A stretch of DNA of 64,000 bases from Cyanophora paradoxa CCMP329 (lineage: Eukaryota; Plantae; Glaucophyta): assembly GCA_004431415.1 (NCBI GenBank), contig QPMI01000445.1, positions 1 through 64,000 of the forward strand. The letters are read 5' to 3'. A model generated the notes under the pieces. The model saw only the letters and a program-made list of their open reading frames with translations. It ran no database searches and was not told the origin of the DNA. Below, one piece after another: positions 22,234-32,354 of this stretch. The position numbers and the translations under genes were made by a program. How positions within the stretch are numbered: position 1 is the first letter of the stretch; each line of letters begins with the position of its first letter.

Positions 22234-23304
22234 ATGACCTCTCTATTAGAAATCCCAAACTATGAACTTGCAGCCAAATCACTCCACAGCACCTCTCATG
22301 AAGTAGTCGACTCTACACCCGGTTTTATTTGCACTGAAACTTCAAGTAATACCTCTTTCACAGAGAATAATATACTCAGAGTCAAAGAAATTCGATGTGA
22401 TCGAAATGGAGGCAAGATAAGAACCACAGGAATTATTATCTCGAATAAAAATCAAGTTCAAGCAGGTCAAGTAGTCCCAGATTCAGCAGTGTATGATAAT
22501 GTGGGTGGATTCACCACAGCAAAGATAGTAACTTTCGATAACACAATAAATAATTCGGCTCTTGTTGTCAAGAGTGGAGGAGCATACATTGGAGATGGGG
22601 CAAATGTTGCAGGGACTGTAACAGCGAATCAATTAAATGTGAATGGGACAAGTTCATTTACAGGATTGATGACCTTCAATGGTGGACTCTTGGGAAATGT
22701 TAGCGTTGAAACTCGAAAAGCTACAACAAGAGTTAATGCACCTGAGATGGATAATGGGACAGATGCAAATGTGAATTATAAACGAAACGGAAATACCATT
22801 TTCACTCTCGAAAAGACAATAACAGATCTGAAAGCAATCACAATCCCGGAAAATAGTGGTCTGAAACGATCCTATTGTCCAAGAATGAATATATCAAGAC
22901 AAGCTCCTGGTTTGACAGGGTCCATAATACTTACAGCTGGAACACCCTTTAACTTTATAAATGGAGCTTATCTTGTAAACAATGAAGGAAACTTTTCATC
23001 CACAAAATTTACAGCTCCTGTTTCCGGAGTATATAGGGTGTTCTTTGCATGTATGAGAGCTGGCACAACCTCTTATACTCATATTGCTACCAGCATTTAT
23101 TTAAATGGAAATCCTACAACCATCCAAACAAGGGTTTCAATGCCGTCCGCAGGGATTTCTAATACATTTGTAACTCCAATTTCATATGAAATTTTACTTT
23201 CTGTTATTGAAGGTGACTCCTTTGATATACGCAATTCTTCTGGAGCCAGTCTTCAATTTGATATCAGATACTATTTTTCTTGTTATCTTGTTACTGCTAC
23301 ATAA
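22234..23304 (+). CDS. Fibre/spike paralogue 1 with C-terminal C1q-like domain
   Basis: Shared N-terminal domain; KFTAPVSGVYRVFF C1q signature. Confidence 0.8.
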   Translation: MTSLLEIPNYELAAKSLHSTSHEVVDSTPGFICTETSSNTSFTENNILRVKEIRCDRNGGKIRTTGIIISNKNQVQAGQVVPDSAVYDNVGGFTTAKIVTFDNTINNSALVVKSGGAYIGDGANVAGTVTANQLNVNGTSSFTGLMTFNGGLLGNVSVETRKATTRVNAPEMDNGTDANVNYKRNGNTIFTLEKTITDLKAITIPENSGLKRSYCPRMNISRQAPGLTGSIILTAGTPFNFINGAYLVNNEGNFSSTKFTAPVSGVYRVFFACMRAGTTSYTHIATSIYLNGNPTTIQTRVSMPSAGISNTFVTPISYEILLSVIEGDSFDIRNSSGASLQFDIRYYFSCYLVTAT

Positions 23305-23326
23305 TATTATCTGTATAATATAAAGA

Positions 23327-24348
23327 ATGTCCACACAAATAGCAGTTCCTGTTTTCTGTTATGCCGCCCCAAAAATACATCAACTGAACCATACAGTAAC
23401 AGATGCAACACCTGGGTTTATTTGCACAGAAACAACAGGGGCTGATTCGTTTTCACAAAATTCTGTGATTAGATGCAAAGAAATTCGATGTGATCGCAAT
23501 GGGGGAAAAATTAGAACCACAGGACTCATTGTATCTAACAAGAACCAAGTCCAATCAGGTCAAATTGTTTCAGATACAGCAATTTATGACAATGTGGGAG
23601 GGTTCACCACACCCAAAATAGTTACTTTTGATAATACAATTAATAATGCTGCTCTTTCAGTTAGAAGTGGAGGGGCATATATTGGAGATGGGGCAAGGAT
23701 TGATGGAACTCTAACAGCCAATCAAGTAAACATTACAGGAACAAGCACATTTACAGGTTCAGTAACAGCCAATGGAGGCATAAGTATTCCAGAAACAACA
23801 CAATCGATAATAACAGCAACTTCCAAGGTGGTCACACCTGAAATCGATACAGGAGCAAATGTGAATCTTGTTTTGAAACGCAACAGTGATATTATGGCTA
23901 CTCTGGAAGCCAATCGCTTGACAATCAACACAAATTGTTATTTAAAATATGACTATCAGCCTCGATTTTCTGTTCAACTTAATTATCCTCATGTTGCTAC
24001 CAGTGAAACTGCTCTTATCAATTGGGGAGTAGTGTTTGTGAATAATAGGGGGCATTCAATGTCAGTAATGGAAGGTTCACTGCTCCTGTTGCAGGTCATT
24101 ACAGATTTACAGCATATACCCATTCAACTTCAAGTAGTCCAATAAGTCTCTCTTTAAAAGTAAATGACCAAGACCCAGGGGGTCAAAGTATCATAACACA
24201 AAATGACTCAACTCTTACGAATAAACCGCTTTACATTAGTGTAATTCTTAACATTGCTATGGGTGAGTATATAACACTTGTAACAAATAATGGGGGTAGC
24301 TACACAAATCGAACAACATTCACAGGTGAACTTTTGAGTGTCACATAA
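23327..24348 (+). CDS. Fibre/spike paralogue 2 with C1q-like domain (frameshift in the G-run at 24048-24052)
   Basis: Adding 1 G gives NNRGAFNVSNGRFTAPVAGHYRF...FTGELLSVT*. Confidence 0.8.
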
Positions 24349-24370
24349 ATTTTCTCTTTATAAAGTAGGA

Positions 24371-24637
24371 ATGTCGAATATCTACCAAGTAGTTCTCTCA
24401 GATACTGAGAAGCTGGGAATGGAATTCTGTGCAGCTTCTGTTCAGGATTGGATTGATAATGTGGTTCATAACAGGGCAAGAATTGCAATTGATGATATTG
24501 TTCAGAAAGAGATCCAGTCTTGCATTGCATCAGGAATTCAAATACCAACCTCAAAGGAAGCCATCGTTTTACAGGCATTCCAAAGGGGAACTGTAAAGAA
24601 AGGTATCGAATATAATTATGTCACAGAAGAACAATGA
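24371..24637 (+). CDS. Small protein resembling those found after C1q fibre genes in marine tailed phages
   Basis: The pattern LSDTEK..AASVQDWIDNVVHNRARIAIDDIV is recognised from memory of cyanophage hypothetical proteins; not searched. Confidence 0.65.
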   Translation: MSNIYQVVLSDTEKLGMEFCAASVQDWIDNVVHNRARIAIDDIVQKEIQSCIASGIQIPTSKEAIVLQAFQRGTVKKGIEYNYVTEEQ

Positions 24638-24672
24638 ACATTATTTTTCTTTCCTTCTTAGTAAAAGAAGCA

Positions 24673-25518
24673 ATGGGTGAATATAATCGAGTTCAACTGC
24701 CTATATATTCCCTTGGATCCCCTGCAATGCATTTTCGCCAGCATGAAGTAAATGATGAGGTTCGTGGTTTAGAATCCACAGAGAGACCCAATTCCAATGG
24801 CAACTCCTTTGATAAAAATTCGATTATTCGAGTTAAAGAGCTGAGAGCTGATAAGAATTCTGGTGTGGTTAAAACAACTCGACTTCTTGTCACAAATGCT
24901 AATTTTTTCCAGCCTACCAATGGAGGTCCTGATGCTTACAGTGTTGATCTGAAAGCCCTTGATTTCGATAAGAATTCTGCTGCTGTTACTGTGAGATCAG
25001 GAGGAGCATTTATTGGGGGTGGCTGTCGAATTTCAGGTCAGCTTTCATCCTCAATTTCGTATAATGATGTCCCAGATACTCTAGAGCAAAATGTAGAAGA
25101 CCCCCAACGAATTCGATTATATACTCCTGTTGCACAGCAGCCATTAATTCAATTTTACATTGGATATACTGTTACTCTTGAAAACTCGGAATTAATTGAA
25201 GGAACCAAAAGAGTACTGAGAGGTCTTGCGATTCCATCTGCAATGCTTTCCCTTTGTAGAGCCAACAACAATCAAGTAGGTCATAGATACTATTTCAATG
25301 TTCAGGGATATAATCATTTCGGTTATGGCTACTGTGTTTATAATAATAATTTCACCTTTGACTTGTTTGTTACTGATATTGGGTTATATACTATAACTCT
25401 TATCGGTTTGAGAACAGATATAGCCGCTGTATCAGCTCTTAGAGGTGTAACTCCTGATACTCTTTCAGTTACAGGGTTTTACATGGAGCCAGATGTAATT
25501 GATGACCCAACCCCATAA
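24673..25518 (+). CDS. Fibre/spike paralogue 3
   Basis: Shared N-terminal R.KELR.DKN.G.VKTT and SGGAFIG; distinct C-terminus. Confidence 0.75.
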   Translation: MGEYNRVQLPIYSLGSPAMHFRQHEVNDEVRGLESTERPNSNGNSFDKNSIIRVKELRADKNSGVVKTTRLLVTNANFFQPTNGGPDAYSVDLKALDFDKNSAAVTVRSGGAFIGGGCRISGQLSSSISYNDVPDTLEQNVEDPQRIRLYTPVAQQPLIQFYIGYTVTLENSELIEGTKRVLRGLAIPSAMLSLCRANNNQVGHRYYFNVQGYNHFGYGYCVYNNNFTFDLFVTDIGLYTITLIGLRTDIAAVSALRGVTPDTLSVTGFYMEPDVIDDPTP

Positions 25519-25541
25519 AAGATATATCCCTTTAATGTAAA

Positions 25542-26375
25542 ATGGCTGAGCAACCCCAACTTGAACGAATTATTACACCTCAACTATCATTAGCTGCCCC
25601 AGCAAACCATGTTTTACAGCATGCTACCTTTGATGATGTAGAGGGTCTCCAATCCACAGAGGTCCAACCTACAATGAACACCTTTGGTTCCACCCACAAA
25701 CTGAGATTACAGGAACTCAGATGTGATAAAAATAATGGAATAGTTAAGACAACTAAGCTACTTGTCACAAATGCAAACTTTTCTGCTCATTATGGAGACC
25801 CAGATAGCTATGGAGATCCTCTGTCTACTTATTCTTTTGAATCTAGGTCGGGAGCTATTAACTGCAAATCGGGGGGAGCATATATTGGGGATGGTCTTAG
25901 GGTTGGTGGGGCTGTTGGAGCGCCTTTATTTGTGAATGATCAACCCAATCCCATTGATCCCAACACAAGAATTCGAACCTATGTCCCCAGCATGAATGCC
26001 CCCTATATAATAAAAATATTCCCCATTGTTGTAAATGAACAAACAGCAGTAGTAGACTCTCTTGTTGAAATTGGTGACCACTACAAGGTAGTTGTGGATA
26101 TCCCACCAGATGTTTATGCTCTTTGTCAAGTAGAGGGTGGAACTCCTAATTTTGCTGTTGTGATCACCCCATATGATAATTTCGGAATTGCTTATCATGG
26201 AGTCAATTTTGGTTTGGAAGATTATCAGTTTCTGGTTAGAGCCACCAAGTTTGGTATCTACAAGTGTGTATTATATGCTGAGAGAACCGATTTTATTGCA
26301 AAGCAGAATACCTATGCTGAATACTATGGGACAAATCGATATTTCCCCATTTTTGGGCAGGATACTGCTCCATAA
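25542..26375 (+). CDS. Fibre/spike paralogue 4
   Basis: LQELRCDKNNGIVKTT and SGGAYIGDG; distinct C-terminus. Confidence 0.75.
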   Translation: MAEQPQLERIITPQLSLAAPANHVLQHATFDDVEGLQSTEVQPTMNTFGSTHKLRLQELRCDKNNGIVKTTKLLVTNANFSAHYGDPDSYGDPLSTYSFESRSGAINCKSGGAYIGDGLRVGGAVGAPLFVNDQPNPIDPNTRIRTYVPSMNAPYIIKIFPIVVNEQTAVVDSLVEIGDHYKVVVDIPPDVYALCQVEGGTPNFAVVITPYDNFGIAYHGVNFGLEDYQFLVRATKFGIYKCVLYAERTDFIAKQNTYAEYYGTNRYFPIFGQDTAP

Positions 26376-26397
26376 GAATATTGGTTATATATAGAGT

Positions 26398-26670
26398 ATG
26401 GATAGTAAAACAAAAAAGTTTATTGATGCTGCTATGACAGTTCATGGTAAAGATAAATTCGATTACAGTGAGACACATTACATCAAAGCTCAAGAGAAAG
26501 TATCTGTGAGATGTTTGCAGTGTAACAAGGTGATCCTTACATATCCCTTTAATCATGTGAAGGGATCAGGTTGTAGGGAATGCAACAAAAAGCATTCTCA
26601 GGCTTACAGGAAAAGGGCTACTTCATCAATCAAAGTAGAGTACAGGGATATTTGCATTAGGTTCGATTAG
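26398..26670 (+). CDS. Small zinc-ribbon protein (DUF723-like single repeat)
   Basis: FIDAAMTVHGKDKFDYS..CLQC..H.KGSGCREC. Confidence 0.7.
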   Translation: MDSKTKKFIDAAMTVHGKDKFDYSETHYIKAQEKVSVRCLQCNKVILTYPFNHVKGSGCRECNKKHSQAYRKRATSSIKVEYRDICIRFD

Positions 26671-26699
26671 GATTAATTAATTTTTCTAAGGTATTCTTA

Positions 26700-27098
26700 A
26701 TGGAGACTAAATACAGAGGCTTTCATGTAATGCTTGATTACAAGGCTAAAACAGCTATAGCAACAGGTTATGAGCATGTTAGCTTTCTTGGTAATTGGAT
26801 TATGAGAACCCTTGAACAAGCAGTATTGAGACAAGGTATTAGGATTGTTCATAAGCATTGTGAGATATTTGATGGCAAACTATCACCTCCTGGTTTTGCA
26901 TTGGTTCTGCTATTAGATGAAAGCCATTGCACAGCTCATTGTTATTCCAATGAAGGCATGTTAGCAATTGATATATTCAGTTGTGGTAAAGAAGCTCAGC
27001 ATAAAACACAAGCAGTTGCAGATGAGATCGATAAAACAATGAATTTCTTAACATTTGAGAAGACTGAGAGACATAAACATGATAGATTCCCGTTTTGA
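26700..27098 (+). CDS. speD: Pyruvoyl-dependent S-adenosylmethionine decarboxylase family (class 1B) proenzyme
   Basis: GFHVMLDY..PPG..LLLDESHCTAHCY..AIDIFSCG, with the ESH autocleavage site. Confidence 0.85.
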   Translation: METKYRGFHVMLDYKAKTAIATGYEHVSFLGNWIMRTLEQAVLRQGIRIVHKHCEIFDGKLSPPGFALVLLLDESHCTAHCYSNEGMLAIDIFSCGKEAQHKTQAVADEIDKTMNFLTFEKTERHKHDRFPF

Positions 27099-27344
27099 TG
27101 GGTTTCTATAATGATAAACAGGGTAATTTACCTTTTTTATTACAATGGCAATCGTTAAAAAAGGATATAATATATCCTTTCCTACAATAGCTTTCTACAA
27201 TGATTTTCTTTCTACAGTAGCTTTTGTTACAATAGAATTCTACTGTATGATGTAGCCGAAATATGAATGCACCCTACATTAAGCAATGTCAAGTATTTCG
27301 AATACTATTCGATTTCCTTACAATAACACTCAGCATCTCCCCTT

Positions 27345-28161
27345 GATTCCCCCTATTATATTATATTTATATTTAAGTGGACTCAAGGTTGACTCATATT
27401 AATCGTAAAAGTAGTAAAAGTATATGGATTTTGTTACGAATTCAATGGGAGGGTTGACTAAGTGGGTTGAGTTGACTCAAATTTCACAGGAAATATTTGG
27501 GACCTAAAGTTTTCTAAAAAGGATTTGAAAAAATGTGTCAACTCCCCCCACTTAGTCAACCCTGACCATAAACAGTAAGGATTTGAGCTAACATGTATCA
27601 CAAAGTGAACATTTTGAGTCCACTTAGAAGATCCACTTTTGAAATCCAAGTTGATTTTGCTTGAAATTTCAAAGTTGATCTAAAAGTGAGTCCACCCTGA
27701 TTGATTATGGTAACAAAGTTGACTAAGTTGACTAAGTTGAGTCATCTTAAGAAATTCAAAGAGACTAAGAGTTCAAAATGTTTATGAAAAGTGAGTCAAC
27801 TTAGACCACTTATGATAACAAAGTTAAATATTTATTTGATTTAATCGGAAAAGAACATGATTTAATCGAATTTATTGATATAATTCCGATTAGATTCATT
27901 TAGGATTCAATTAAGATCAATCGAAGTTATTGATATAATTCCGATTAACTACAATTAAGATACAATATCGATTAATCGAGTTTATCGATATAACATCGAT
28001 TAAATTAATTGAAAATGCATTTACAAATATGAAAATTCATGTGAAAATTCAAATAAATTAATCGATTTTATTGATATAACATCGAATCACACATATGAAT
28101 ATTCATATTTTAATCCTGAGGCGGAACGCCGAGGGATTAAAATATGAATATTCATATGTGT
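27345..28161 (-). repeat. Right terminal inverted repeat (817 bp)
   Basis: Mirror of 1750-2565; ends ...CATATGTGT, followed by the TSD GGCGCA. Confidence 0.96.
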
Positions 28162-30068
28162 GGCGCAAAATCTCTTTCTCGCGATTGTGCACGAAGAGAA
28201 CGCAAGGGTGCCTCTCAACCTTTCCATCGATATCACGAACAATCGCAAGTCAGCCGCAGATTACAAATACTGATCATATGCATGCTGCCGATGAATTCTC
28301 GAGATCGCTTACCCGCTCGTCAAGCGTGTTCTTCTTCGCCGTCTTGCCAATGCGCGATGGATTACCGAAGACGATGAATCGATCCGGAAGGTCCTCGTGC
28401 AGCTTCTCGGCGACAGAATCAACAGCCTTGTTCCTCTGCTCGACCGGTTCGCAGTCAAAATCATAGATCAGTTAAAACGATAAATGATTAATATATGCGC
28501 GCGCGCATATGCACCGTGCACGTGACATGAACTCGTTCACTCAAGGGCACGCGCTGCTCGATGATGGACACGATTGTTGTGCTGCACGCATGCGCAGCTG
28601 ATTAAATGTCGTGCTAGCACTCGATTCATGATCACGAGTGCTATAGCTAGTGCTAGTGCCGCTGTACCTTTTTCCAGTTCCGGGAGGCCCTGCTTATCCA
28701 AAATTAAATCAGAACGCAACTTCAACGTCTGAATGTGAATCCGCATGCGCACCTTGGATGGACTCAAGATTGTACCGAAGACCCGACACGGCGGTCCGCT
28801 GCGAGGCGTTCATGCGAGCGGCGATGTGGCCGGCGTGCGAGTTCTCAGTCCAGCTCCCAAGAATGTGCTTGGAGGGGTTGATGACAGCGGAGATCAGGCT
28901 TTGGTCGAACGTGACCATGGGACCTGTATAGACCGGAGCGGCATGATTGGTGTGGAATAGCGGCGTGAGCGAGCTGTGAAGATGCGAGGTCTGCAGACGG
29001 CGAGGGCGGTCGCGCGCGGCGACCCCGCCGGCCAGATCGTTGGCCGCCTGATACTCGCGAACGTAGCTCCCAACGAAGCCCAGAGCCGTGGCGGGGAGCG
29101 GGCTCAAACCGAGGACGGACTCGAGAGACGGCTGCACGTCGACCCGGACCTGCGACAATTTCAGCTTATAATTATCCGCGATCGGACGGATTATATATAA
29201 TTATTTCTTCCAAAAGAACAATCGAAAAGCACCGTCGTGTCCTCGCGTTCGGTGTACGGGTCACGGCTGGTGGTCCGCGAGCGCTCGCGAGTGACGGCAT
29301 ACAGCCGCCGACCAATCACAAGAATGGACTGGCCGAAGTTCGCGAGGGGGGAGTCATTCTGCATGCAGAACAGAAACGTTAAAATATATTGATGGGAGAA
29401 GTTCTAATTACATATAAGGAGAGCCCCGGCCCCTGCACCTCGGAAGAGGATTCTCGCGATTGCTGATCGCGGTCATTTGTCGTCGACGCCGCGGACTGCG
29501 AGAAGGAGATGATGATGCCGCGCTCTTCTCCGTTCCCCCGCGACCGGTCATCCCAAGTGAGCTCTACCTCCGGAAACCGCACGCTCGCCCCGGAAGAAAG
29601 GGCGCCCCGTCCGCTGCTCTGACGATCGACGTGTTCTGCGTAGGGCTGTACATTTACACAGTGTTAAAAAGGAGCCCAAGAGACATCGCAATCGCATTTG
29701 CAAGGGAGACAAGTACAAACCTGGACCACTGCCGCGTAATACTCGGCGAGAATGTTGTTCGCGAGAGCTTCGCCGTACGCTTTTTCGCTATCGGGTCTCC
29801 GCTCGATCATCGCCAACTTCACAGGACCCTCTACGGTGAGAAAGGGCTCCCACATATCGGGGAGCGATCCGGGATTGTGCGGCTGCGGGCGCCAGCGCGG
29901 CCCGTCATTGAAGCGGTGGCTGCTGGAATGGCCAGAAGATGCGGAGTAGGGACGTGAGCCGCCGAAGCCGCCGCGAGAGCCGTAGCCGCCGCTGCGCGAG
30001 CCGTAGCTGCCGCCGGAAGAGCCATAGCCACTGCGGGCGCTACGCGGAGCCCACCCGCTGCGGTTCAT
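28162..30068 (-). CDS. Host SF1 helicase, 5' part (G/S/R-rich N-terminus, Walker A GPPGTGK), multi-exon
   Basis: GPPGTGK is encoded near 28670-28690. Removing the element and one TSD copy restores the frame ...VHNREKEILR|LLKCTDTRIKELM.... The start at 30068 (MNRSGWAPRSARSGYG) is tentative. Confidence 0.75.
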
Positions 30069-30464
30069 CGGATGAACGAACGAGGAGCGCCTGCGATGTC
30101 GATGTCGATGTTTAACTGCCTGCTAACTGCCAGCACTGCGGCACGTGCGATTCGTTCGAGTGAGATTTCGATCGAACGTTGACCGTTGACAGGTCTCCGG
30201 AAATTACAGTTGTACGCGTACCCCCCGGATCCATCCCATTATTATTTAATTACGCATATGAATCGATTTACGCATTGATTGATCATGCAGGTCGCGATCG
30301 AGAGTCGAGACTGAATGCAGGTCGCGATCGACAGGAATCGAATTGAGCAAGATGGAAGCGAGAAATGGGATATCTAACTTTAGAATGGAGGGGAGAAATT
30401 GCGTGAGGGGAGCAATTTCTCGACGTCGACGTCGTAGGGGGGGAGGAGGAGCAGGAGGTGGTGT

Positions 30465-30495
<31 letters not shown>

Positions 30496-30539
30496 GGGGG
30501 GGGGGGACGGGCGGGACGGGCGGGGCGGGACGGGCGGGG

Positions 30540-32175
30540 CTAGAGGGCCTGGTCGAGGGTGCCGGCGGCGGCGTAGAGGAAGTAGCGGTCGCCGGGCAGC
30601 AGCACGAGGGCCGCGTCGTGCTCCCCGCCCAGCAGCCGGCCCCGCCGCGCCCCCCCGAACGAGACCGGCGCCTCCCGCGCGCCCCACGTCGAGACCGCCG
30701 CGAAGGGCACGCGGCCGGCGTTCACGAGGGCCCGCAGCGGGTCGATGTAGGCCGCGGGGAGCGCGGGGGGCACGGGCCCCCGCCAGCGGATGCAGTGGCC
30801 GGCGCCCCCCGCCGCCCGCCGCAGGCCGCACTCGTACCCCGACACGAACTCGTCCGGCCGGTCCTCCTCCCGCCCGCTCAGCTCCCTGTACCCCGGTCCG
30901 AGTCGGCGGGGGGAGGGGCGGCGGGGGCCGGCAGAAGGCTGCGCACCCGACGAGGCGGCAGGAGACGAGGCCGAGCCACTCGAAGAGGTCGCTGTGGAAC
31001 TGCGGAGCCGCCACCGGCCCGTCCCGCTCCTCGTACTCGGGGACCCCCGACCCCGCCCCCTCCCCCTCACCGCCCCGCCGCCGCTTCCCTGCGGCGGCGC
31101 CCGGGGGCCGGTCCGGGGGCGGGGGCCGGGGCGGCTCGGGCGGGGGCAGGGCGGGCAGCGCGACGTCGCTCAGAGTCTCCTCCGTCCGCTGCAGCTCCAC
31201 GCGCTCCGCCGCCACGCCCGCCGGGAACGGGCCCAGCTCCGCGCTCGCCCCCGCTGCCCGCCCGTCAGAGCGGGGGAGGGGGATGAATGCCGGCAGGGGG
31301 TACCGGCGTCGGTGCGGTAGAGGAGGAGGTCGACGGGGGAGGTGCGCTGCGGGGAGAGGCTCCACTGGACGCGCTCGTAGAGGTTCTTGCCCGGCGCGAA
31401 GGACGGCGCCGCCACGTCCACCTCCACGTCTGCGCCGCGCTCGCCTCGGCGGGGCGGGCGGGGGGCGGGGCCGGGCGGACCGAAGCGCTGGCCGCGGAGG
31501 GGCTTGAAGGGGGAGGGGCGGCCCTGCAGCCCGAGGGCCTCGTAGGCGTCCTTCTCCAGCGAGAGGTGCAGCGTCCCCGGCGGGTACACCGCCACCACGT
31601 TCCCGTGGTCGATCGCCCCCGCGCTCGAGAGCGCGTACGTCGACCCTGCGCGGCGCCTCGGCCGGCGGCCGGCGGCGGCGGGCGGCGGTGCCGCGCGGGC
31701 GGGGCGCGGCGCACCGCCGTCGCGGGAGGCGAGAGAGGCGAGGAAGGGAGGTCGGAGGAGGGTCGCGAGGTGCGCCCGCACGCGGTAGTAGTAGTCTGTC
31801 CGCTGCGGCAGCCTGCCGCCGGCCCGCGTCGGCCGCCGCGCCGCGCCCGCGCCGCCGGCGAGCGCCGAGCGGTCGCACGCACCTCGAGAGAATGTCCGGG
31901 AGGCCCGGGTCGGAGAGCGTGCTCTGCAGCTGGGAGCGCAGGCAGGGAATGAAGACCTCGACCTGCGAGCGCGGCGAGGCGCGATCAGGTCGCGACGGAA
32001 CGCGCGTAGCTAGCGGGCGGGGTCCTTAGGAGCGTCGGACCTGCTCGAGGAAGTGGTGGCCGAGGATCGCATCCCGCGCCTTCGCCTTCGGGTGCGCGAA
32101 GGAGGATTCCCACACCTGCAGGCTCTTCGTCGGCAGCCACGCGTCCTTTCCGGACACGAGCTCCGGGTGCGGCAT
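30540..32175 (-). CDS. RPP40: RNase P/MRP subunit p40, multi-exon
   Basis: YALS..IDHGNVVAV..GTLHLSLEKDAYEALGLQG, LFEWLG, STWG..EAPVSF. Confidence 0.8.
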
Positions 32176-32354
32176 CTGCGACCTTGAGCTCGATGACTTG
32201 CTCTACCCCCCCTTCTTGGGTCGAAGCTCTTTTTGGCGGCGGGCCCCGCAGATGCAGCTGGTGCGTCTCACTGCTCTAGGCAAAACCCGTCCGATTCGCC
32301 AGTGACCACCGGCGCCGTCGATCGCAGGTCGATTGGGCGGTCGCCGCGCTCGCT

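Larger units (their letters stand above)
1750..28161. mobile_element. Endogenous Polinton/Maverick-like virus (PLV), 26,412 bp
   Basis: Long TIRs, 6-bp TSD GGCGCA (1744-1749 and 28162-28167), sharp AT-rich versus GC-rich contrast, intronless compact ORFs, and hallmark genes pPolB, rve integrase, A32 ATPase, MCP-like protein and pentons. Confidence 0.97.

Noticed and set aside
22234-26375. Diversity-generating retroelement or invertase shufflon behind the fibre diversity
   Set aside because: No reverse transcriptase, no template/variable repeat pair, no recombinase, and all paralogues are co-oriented.
1750-28161. Bacterial prophage, contamination or chimeric assembly
   Set aside because: The clean TSD inside a host exon and the Polinton hallmark genes indicate a genuine integration.
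30481-30506. Long poly-G/poly-C runs (also near 37970-37998, 49550 and 57770)
   Set aside because: Intronic or UTR low-complexity tracts of unreliable length, with no specific function supportable.
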